This document shows positions 57,191 through 64,000 of a DNA stretch of 64,000 nucleotides, piece by piece. This DNA comes from an uncultured Verrucomicrobiae bacterium. GTDB lineage: Bacteria > Verrucomicrobiota > Verrucomicrobiia > Limisphaerales > Palsa-1400. The position numbers were made by a program, and so were the translations under genes. Position 1 is the stretch's first letter. Each line of letters starts with the position of its first letter. The DNA lies in the NCBI GenBank assembly GCA_963702845.1, contig OY969763.1, positions 4,352,001-4,416,000 of the forward strand, given 5' to 3'. The notes beneath the pieces are model-generated. The model was not told the origin of the DNA and ran no database searches. It was given only the letters and a program-made list of their open reading frames with translations.

Positions 57191-58468
57191 ATGAGTATTG
57201 AAAAATTGGCGATTGACGGTGGTTCCAAAGCCGTCGTCGATAAACTTCCCCACTGGCCTTCCTTCGATGAAAAGGCCATCAAATCCGTCGAAGAAACTCT
57301 CCGATCCGGCAAAGTGAATTATTGGACGGGCAAAAAGGGTATGGAGTTCGAGAAGCGCTTCGCCGAATGGCAAGGCAGCAAATACGCCATCAGCGTGGCC
57401 ACCGGCACGGCTGCGTTACACGTCGGATTGAGCGTGCTCGGCATTGGACCCGGCGACGAAGTCATCGTCCCCAGCTACACATTCATTGCGAGTAGCTTTT
57501 CAATTGTCCAATCCGGCGCTATCCCCCGTTTCGCCGACGTCAATCTCGAAGACCATTGCATCAGCATCGAATCGGCTGAGAAGTTGGTCAACGAACGGAC
57601 CCGCGCCATCATGCCAGTGCACCTCTACGGTAACGTCGCTGACATGGATAAAGTCCGAGCCTTCGCCAAGAAGCACAATCTTTTCGTCATCGAAGACAAT
57701 GCCGAAGCCTTCGGCGGCGTCTACAAAGGCAAGAAAACCGGCTCGCTCGGTGACATCGCCGGCTGCAGCTTTTGCCAAAGCAAAACCTTCACCACTGGCG
57801 GTGAAGGCGGCATGGTCACCACCGATAATGAAGACCTCGCGTGGCAGGCCCGCAGCTTCCGCGATCACGGTTACGACGTCAAAGACCGTCTCAACCTGCT
57901 CGAGATGGAGCAGAAACTTTCCTACATCCACAACCGCATCGGCTGGAATTATCGCATGACCGAAATGCAATCCGCCATCGGCCTCGCCGAAATGGATCGC
58001 ATGGACAACTGGAACATGCCGCGCCGCCGCAAGAACGCGCACATCATCATCGATGCGATCAAAGATTTGCCGCAGGTGAAGATTAAACCAATCGACACGC
58101 CCGATCGTCAGAACGGCTGGTTCGTCATGGCCTTCTCGCTCGATATCGAGAACATGAAGTGCGATATCAATCACTTCGTCAAAGCCGCCGGTGCAGAAGG
58201 CGCGCCCTGCTGGAAAGTGTTCTGGCCCCAATGCCACACCGAACGCGCATTCAAAGAAAAGAACGCCTTCGGCCGCTCCGGTTTTCCCTTCAAATCAAAG
58301 GAATACACAAATCCAAAGAGCGTCGCCTACGATGATGTCGAAATCCCGAACGCCTTGTGGCACCAGGACCACACTTTCACGTGCTTCGCCTACCCAACTT
58401 ACGAACCCCATCACTGCGAACAAATCGGCGCAGCGTTGCGCAAAGTCATTCAAGCGTACGCAAAGTGA
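57191..58468 (+). CDS. DegT/DnrJ/EryC1/StrS sugar aminotransferase
   Basis: GTAALH, GDEVIVP, PVHLYG, IEDNAEA, SFCQSKTFTTGGEGG. Confidence 0.93.
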   Translation: MSIEKLAIDGGSKAVVDKLPHWPSFDEKAIKSVEETLRSGKVNYWTGKKGMEFEKRFAEWQGSKYAISVATGTAALHVGLSVLGIGPGDEVIVPSYTFIASSFSIVQSGAIPRFADVNLEDHCISIESAEKLVNERTRAIMPVHLYGNVADMDKVRAFAKKHNLFVIEDNAEAFGGVYKGKKTGSLGDIAGCSFCQSKTFTTGGEGGMVTTDNEDLAWQARSFRDHGYDVKDRLNLLEMEQKLSYIHNRIGWNYRMTEMQSAIGLAEMDRMDNWNMPRRRKNAHIIIDAIKDLPQVKIKPIDTPDRQNGWFVMAFSLDIENMKCDINHFVKAAGAEGAPCWKVFWPQCHTERAFKEKNAFGRSGFPFKSKEYTNPKSVAYDDVEIPNALWHQDHTFTCFAYPTYEPHHCEQIGAALRKVIQAYAK

Positions 58469-59484
58469 TGAGCGCAAAAATCAAATGGGGCGTCATCGGT
58501 TCCGCCGGCATCGCTCGTCGTCGAACGATTCCTGAAGGCATCGTGCGCGCGGAAAACGCGACGCTCACGGCGGTCTATAATCCAACCCAAAGCAAAAACG
58601 CAGAAGTCGCAACGCAATTCAATGCCCGCGCCTGCAAGTCGATCAAACAGCTTTTGAGCGGCGATGTTGATGCGGTGTATATCGCCTCGCCACCGGACGT
58701 TCACCTGAAACAAGTCATCGCCTGCGCGAAAGCCGGCAAGCATGTGCTTTGCGAAAAGCCACTCGGCATGAACGTTAAACAAGTCGAGAAGATGATTAAC
58801 GTTTGCAAAGAGGCCAACGTCCGACTCGGCACAGCGTTGATGATGCGTTTCCATTCGCAGCACCAAGCCGCGCTGCAATTGATCAAAGACGGCAAGCTGG
58901 GCAAACCGGTTCACGGTCGCGCACAACTTGCCTTCTGGTACCCACCAATCGAAAACGCCTGGCGTCAGGATCCAAAACGCGGCGGCGGTGGCGCGCTAAT
59001 GGATGTGGGCGGTCATTGCATTGATTTGTTGGAAATGTTTTTTGGCCCGGTGCGCTCGGTGAGTTGTTACATCAACAACACCGTTCACAATTACGCCAGC
59101 GAAGATGCGGCTGTCACAAACTTGATGTTCGAAAATGGCGCGATGGGAATGGTCGATACATTTTTCTGCATTCCCGACGAAGCGAGCAAGAACGCTTTGG
59201 AACTCTACGGCTCACTCGGCGCGATCCACGCCACCGGCACCCTCGGCCAGGGCGAAGCTGGCGACATGACGGCAACGCTGAAGAATGAAGCTTCCGGTTG
59301 TGAAACGCTCAAAATCGCTCCAGAACCCGTAAACACGTACCGCGCCGAGATCGAAGAGTTCAGCAATGCGATTCTGCAAAACCGCGAACCTTCGTGCAGC
59401 GCCGAAATCGGCCTGCGCAGCCAAAAGATTTTGGCCGCCTGCTACAAGTCGGCCAAAACCGGCAAGTCGATCACGATCGCGTAA
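58468..59484 (+). CDS. Gfo/Idh/MocA family oxidoreductase
   Basis: KWGVIGSAGIA, CEKPL, GGGALMDVGGH; ATG overlaps previous stop. Confidence 0.92.
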   Translation: MSAKIKWGVIGSAGIARRRTIPEGIVRAENATLTAVYNPTQSKNAEVATQFNARACKSIKQLLSGDVDAVYIASPPDVHLKQVIACAKAGKHVLCEKPLGMNVKQVEKMINVCKEANVRLGTALMMRFHSQHQAALQLIKDGKLGKPVHGRAQLAFWYPPIENAWRQDPKRGGGGALMDVGGHCIDLLEMFFGPVRSVSCYINNTVHNYASEDAAVTNLMFENGAMGMVDTFFCIPDEASKNALELYGSLGAIHATGTLGQGEAGDMTATLKNEASGCETLKIAPEPVNTYRAEIEEFSNAILQNREPSCSAEIGLRSQKILAACYKSAKTGKSITIA

Positions 59485-59529
59485 AAGTCTGAATTTGCCG
59501 AGCGCCCCCCTGCCCCATACATTGTCGCC

Positions 59530-60873
59530 ATGTTCGACACATTAAGCTCCAAGCTGCAGAACGCGTTTCGCAATCTGCGCGGCCTGGGAAAAATTTCGGA
59601 AGACAACGTCGCCGATGCCTTGCGCGACGTGCGCATGGCGCTGCTTGAAGCCGACGTGAATTTCAAGGTCGCCCGCGATTTCATCGAGCGCGTCAAAGGC
59701 AAATCGCTTGGCGCTGAAGTCGTGCAGAGCGTCCAACCGGGACAACAGATCGTCAAAATCATCCACGACGAACTGGTTGACCTGCTCGGCTCGCAGAACG
59801 CCGGCGCCAATCTAGCTGGAAATCCGGCCTGTGTGATGATGGTCGGTTTGCACGGTGCCGGTAAAACAACATCGAGCGCGAAACTGGCCCGCTTGCTTCT
59901 AAAGCAAGGTCGCACTCCGTTACTCGTCGCCGCAGACGTTTATCGTCCAGCGGCTATGGACCAGCTGGAGACACTCGGCAAGCAAATCGACATCCCGGTG
60001 TTCGTTCGTCAGGGGGAGAAGGATGTTCTAAAAATTGCTCGTGAAGCTCTCGAACTCGCGCGTTCAACCAATCGCAACACACTGATTTTCGATACCGCGG
60101 GACGTTTGCAAATTGACGAACCACTCGTGCAAGAGCTCGTTCGTTTGCGCGATCTGGTCAAGCCACAGGAAATCCTGCTCGTGCTCGACGCTGCCACCGG
60201 TCAGGAAGCTGTCAACGTCGCCACCCATTTCGATCAAGCCCTCAACATCACCGGATCGATTCTGACAAAACTCGACGGCGACGCCCGTGGCGGCGCGGCG
60301 TTGAGCATGAAATCCGTTACCGGCAAGCCGATCAAATTCGCCGGTGTTGGTGAAAAGCTCGATGAGTTCGAACCGTTTCATCCTGAGCGCATGGCCTCGC
60401 GCATTCTCGGCATGGGCGACGTTGTCAGCCTGGTCGAACGCGCGGCTGAAGCCGTGGACATCGACGATGCCAAGCGCATGGAAGAAAAGATGCGCAAGGG
60501 CCAGTTCACGCTCGAAGACTTTTTGGACAACTTGCGCCAGATGAAAAAGCTTGGGCCGCTTGAATCAATCGTCGGTATGTTGCCCGGCGGATCGGAAATG
60601 ATCAAAGGCCAGGACATGGGCAAAGAAGAAAAGAAATTTCGCCGCATGGAAGGGATCATTTGCGGCATGACGTTGAAGGAGCGTCGCAATCCACAAATCC
60701 TCAATGCCAAACGCCGCATCCGCATCGCCAAAGGCAGCGGCGTGACTGTCGCCGAAGTCAACAACCTGCTTAATCAATTTGGCCAAATGCAGCAGATGAT
60801 GAAAAAGATGGGCAAGATGCAGAAGATGATGGCCAAGATGGGCGGCGGTATTCCCGGGATGTTTAAAGGCTGA
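59530..60873 (+). CDS. ffh: Signal recognition particle protein
   Basis: ALLEADV, GLHGAGKTT, DTAGR, TKLDGDARGG, RILGMGD, Met-rich M domain. Confidence 0.98.
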   Translation: MFDTLSSKLQNAFRNLRGLGKISEDNVADALRDVRMALLEADVNFKVARDFIERVKGKSLGAEVVQSVQPGQQIVKIIHDELVDLLGSQNAGANLAGNPACVMMVGLHGAGKTTSSAKLARLLLKQGRTPLLVAADVYRPAAMDQLETLGKQIDIPVFVRQGEKDVLKIAREALELARSTNRNTLIFDTAGRLQIDEPLVQELVRLRDLVKPQEILLVLDAATGQEAVNVATHFDQALNITGSILTKLDGDARGGAALSMKSVTGKPIKFAGVGEKLDEFEPFHPERMASRILGMGDVVSLVERAAEAVDIDDAKRMEEKMRKGQFTLEDFLDNLRQMKKLGPLESIVGMLPGGSEMIKGQDMGKEEKKFRRMEGIICGMTLKERRNPQILNAKRRIRIAKGSGVTVAEVNNLLNQFGQMQQMMKKMGKMQKMMAKMGGGIPGMFKG

Positions 60874-60921
60874 TGTACATAGTCAGCGCTTCGGCAGAAC
60901 TGCACCCTAACGCGACAAACC

Positions 60922-61761
60922 TCAAGCAGCTTTTCGGCGCTTGGAGTGTGCGTGTGCGTGTTCCTTCTTCGCGCTCGGTTTTTTGTTCGCCTGGTTCAAG
61001 CTCTGTTGCAATACAGACACGAGATCGATGACTTTAGTCGGCTTCGGACGAGCGCCTTTTTCAACCGGCAACTCTTTCCCACCCGCGGCAACCTTCTCCT
61101 CAATCAATTTCAGGAGCGCCTGTTTATATTCATCGTGATACTTCCCCGGCTCCCATTTGTCGCTCATGCCTTCGATCAAGCTGCCCGCCATTGTCATTTC
61201 CTTTTTGCCGACCTGCACCTTATCAGGAATCGGCAATTCCTTGACCTCCGCCAATTCATCTGGAAAATGCATCAACTCAAGAACCAGCGTCTGTCCATTC
61301 GGCTTCACCGCCGCCAAATGTTCACGCGTGCGGATAGAAACTTTCGCGATGCCCACCTTGCCTGACTCCTTCAAAGCATCCCGCAACAACGCATACCCTT
61401 TCTCGCCGCCTTTTTCGGGCGCGAGATAATAAGGCTCGTCGAAAAACATCGGATCAATTTCATCCAAGTCCACAAATTCCCGGATATCTACCATCTGGTT
61501 GCTCTTGATATTCACGCGTTCGAAATCTTTATCGTCGAGCACCACGTATTGGCCCTTTTCGTATTCGTAACCTTTAACGATGTGTTCCCACGGAACTTCC
61601 TTTTGATCCACCTCCGCGATGCGCTTGTAACGGATCGGACTCTGGTCGCTGTCGCGCAGCATGTGAAATTTTATTTCGTTGCGTCCGCGCGTGGCGGTGT
61701 AGAGCCCTACGGGAATGTTAACGAGCCCAAAGCTGATTGCACCCTTCCAGATTGCACGCAT
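60922..61761 (-). CDS. ku: Ku protein (non-homologous end joining)
   Basis: MRAIWKGAISFGLVNIPV, IVKGYEY, YYLAP, basic C-tail. Confidence 0.95.
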   Translation of the reverse strand: MRAIWKGAISFGLVNIPVGLYTATRGRNEIKFHMLRDSDQSPIRYKRIAEVDQKEVPWEHIVKGYEYEKGQYVVLDDKDFERVNIKSNQMVDIREFVDLDEIDPMFFDEPYYLAPEKGGEKGYALLRDALKESGKVGIAKVSIRTREHLAAVKPNGQTLVLELMHFPDELAEVKELPIPDKVQVGKKEMTMAGSLIEGMSDKWEPGKYHDEYKQALLKLIEEKVAAGGKELPVEKGARPKPTKVIDLVSVLQQSLNQANKKPSAKKEHAHAHSKRRKAA

Positions 61762-61869
61762 GTTACCGTAATTTCTGTCGCATCAGCGTGTGGTGCAGCC
61801 TGAAACATTTACCGGCAAATCACCTGACGCGGAATTGACACAGTTCGCAGAACCAATGAACATCGCCAA

Positions 61870-63951
61870 ATGTTCCTAGCCTCGAGCAAACTTCTCTTTC
61901 GTTCTTCCGTGTGCGCTTTGGTCACGTTGTGCGCCACCGTCGCCAGCGCCCACAATACCCTTCTGCCGCAACCACAGCAGGTGCAATTCGATGACGGCAC
62001 AATTTCCGTCAGCAAACTATCTATCCGTTACGCGATGAAACCGGATGCAGAGGATAAGTTCGCCGCGGACGAATTGGCGACGCGCTTGGGTAAAATTACA
62101 GGAACGGAATTTCCCTCGAAGAACCATGGCGCGCAAACGATCACATTACGTCGCACAGGCCAGGGCTCACCAGTTCCAATAAACAACGAATCGGTCGGCC
62201 CGAACTCACGCGAGGCCTACACGCTCAGTGTCAGCAAGAACGGCGCTGAAATTACCGCAGCAACGTCGGCCGGGCTTTATTACGGCGTTCAAACGTTAGT
62301 CCAACTCGTGGAGGACGCGGGTGGCAATGCCGTTTTACCATTTGTGCAGATTCATGATTGGCCGACTCTCGCTTACCGCGGGATGATGGGCGATTTCAGC
62401 GAAGGCGAATTGCTACGCGTTTCCGAGGTGGAGCGCCAGCTCGACACCCTCGCCCGATTCAAGGCCAACCAATATTACTTTTATTCTGAAGCCAGCATCG
62501 AGTTCGATGGCTATGAAGCGGTCAATCCTCTTGGCCGCTACTCCAAGGAAGACGTCCGCCACGTCATCGAATACGCGCGAAAACGCCACATCGACGTCAT
62601 TCCTTGCATGGAACTCTACGGGCACATGCACAACTTGTTCCGTTACGAGAAATTTGCCGATCTCGGTCTGCCGCGTTACGGCGGCGAGTTCGACCCGCGC
62701 AACCCGAAGATCTACGCCGTGATCGACAACTGGATCGAGCAGACGGCAAAACTCTTTCCGAGCGAATGGTATCACGTCGGGTTCGATGAGCCGTGGTCGC
62801 TCGGAAAAATCGGCGTCGTTCCCGGCAAAGATCCCTTCAAAACCTTTATGGACGTGCTGAACCACGTTTCTGAGAAGGCCCAGTCACACGGCAAGCGCGT
62901 CCTGTTTTGGGCCGACATCAACGAAGGCGCGAGCACTTTGTCGAAACATCCCGAGCTGATTAAAGCCATCCCGAACGGTGTCATCGCCTGCCCGTGGGTC
63001 TATGATCCGCACGACGATTATACACCTTGGGTCGAGCCACTGGCCAAAGTCAACGCGCCGACCATGGTCGCACCCGGCGTTTGGGCGTGGAACGAAATCT
63101 TTCCCGACTTCCACAAATCCTTTTTCAATATCAACGAGCTGATCGCGACGGGCCGTAAATTCCACACCCTCGGCGTCATCAATACGACGTGGACCGACAG
63201 CCGCCAGACTATTTACCGCCTGCAATTGCCGGGAATTGCTTTCGGCGCAGCAGCGTCGTGGCAAGCAGAGCGCGTAAACACCAACACGTTCTTTGCAGTC
63301 TATTGCTCCAACACCTATCCACCATCTGTTGCAGGCGAGGTTGCTCCAGCGCTCGAACAACTCTCCACCGTCGAAGAAATTTTCGAGAAAGTTTTGGCGA
63401 CCACATCGCAATCCGCTTTTTGGGCGGATCCACTCGCCCCAGGCCAACTCAAGAAGATCAAGGCGGGGGAACGAGAGTTGCGTCGTGCCCGCTTGCTCGC
63501 TGAAGCTGCCCAGAAACACCTGCAGCGCGCCATGGCGGCCTCAAACGATCCGACGCTCCACTCCTATCTCGTTTCCGCGCACATGTGTGATTACCTCGGC
63601 ATGAAATGCCTGTATGCGCTCGAATGGTCCGATTACTTCCAGCAGTTAAAGGAAAATCCGACGAAGGAACTGGTCTCGCTTTACATCGGTAACCAGATGA
63701 ATTCGACCACCTATGGGATGATCGGCGACCTGCAGGAATTCATCAGCGAGACTCGCGGCCAATATCGCGATGCCTGGCTCGATGAAGCCACGCCCTTCCG
63801 GCTGCAAAGCGCGCTCTATCGTTGGGACAACGAATGGCAATACTGGAACAGCGTGCGTCGCCTCGTTATCGAGAAGGTCCTGCATAGTTGGAAACCTGGC
63901 GAACCTTTCCCGCCACTTGAAACAATCCACCCCAAGCACGACAAGGAATAA
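61870..63951 (+). CDS. GH20 beta-N-acetylhexosaminidase family protein, secreted
   Basis: Signal peptide, EAYTL, GLYYGVQTL.QL, I.DWP...YRG, HVGFDE catalytic pair. Confidence 0.88.
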   Translation: MFLASSKLLFRSSVCALVTLCATVASAHNTLLPQPQQVQFDDGTISVSKLSIRYAMKPDAEDKFAADELATRLGKITGTEFPSKNHGAQTITLRRTGQGSPVPINNESVGPNSREAYTLSVSKNGAEITAATSAGLYYGVQTLVQLVEDAGGNAVLPFVQIHDWPTLAYRGMMGDFSEGELLRVSEVERQLDTLARFKANQYYFYSEASIEFDGYEAVNPLGRYSKEDVRHVIEYARKRHIDVIPCMELYGHMHNLFRYEKFADLGLPRYGGEFDPRNPKIYAVIDNWIEQTAKLFPSEWYHVGFDEPWSLGKIGVVPGKDPFKTFMDVLNHVSEKAQSHGKRVLFWADINEGASTLSKHPELIKAIPNGVIACPWVYDPHDDYTPWVEPLAKVNAPTMVAPGVWAWNEIFPDFHKSFFNINELIATGRKFHTLGVINTTWTDSRQTIYRLQLPGIAFGAAASWQAERVNTNTFFAVYCSNTYPPSVAGEVAPALEQLSTVEEIFEKVLATTSQSAFWADPLAPGQLKKIKAGERELRRARLLAEAAQKHLQRAMAASNDPTLHSYLVSAHMCDYLGMKCLYALEWSDYFQQLKENPTKELVSLYIGNQMNSTTYGMIGDLQEFISETRGQYRDAWLDEATPFRLQSALYRWDNEWQYWNSVRRLVIEKVLHSWKPGEPFPPLETIHPKHDKE

Positions 63952-64000
63952 GTGGTCGCGCAGCTTACGTCAAAAATATCACGGGAAAGTTGCATCTTCC

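Overview
A bacterial chromosome segment; gene style and content suggest a Verrucomicrobia-like (Pedosphaera-like) organism, which is an inference. 1-20.9 kb is a divergently transcribed catabolic cluster of about 20 genes for an unidentified substrate, centred on a GntR/LacI-fusion regulator. It is followed by about 1.7 kb of degenerate repeat-bearing DNA and a tRNA-Arg(UCG). The rest is mostly housekeeping and envelope genes: Glu/Leu dehydrogenase, thpR, a MacAB-like exporter, purU, mtnP, rlmI-like, HtrA, a KaiC-like ATPase with kinase and regulator, accD, amn, lpxI, mlaEFD, FkbM methyltransferases, a DegT aminotransferase, ffh, Ku and a GH20. The highlight is a complete 1.2-kb IS110-family element (44200-45396) inserted at a CT core inside a REP-like palindrome. 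Its left non-coding end contains a bridge RNA readable by eye, with four guide segments matching the reconstructed target (GCCGCCC-CT-ACGGG) and donor (ACCGTTG-CT-TGTAT). Other candidates are a structured GGA-rich sRNA, direct repeats around a cupin gene, and an aromatic-repeat protein heading the mla operon. Three single-base frameshifts are probably assembly errors. All calls come from reading motifs; no searches were run.
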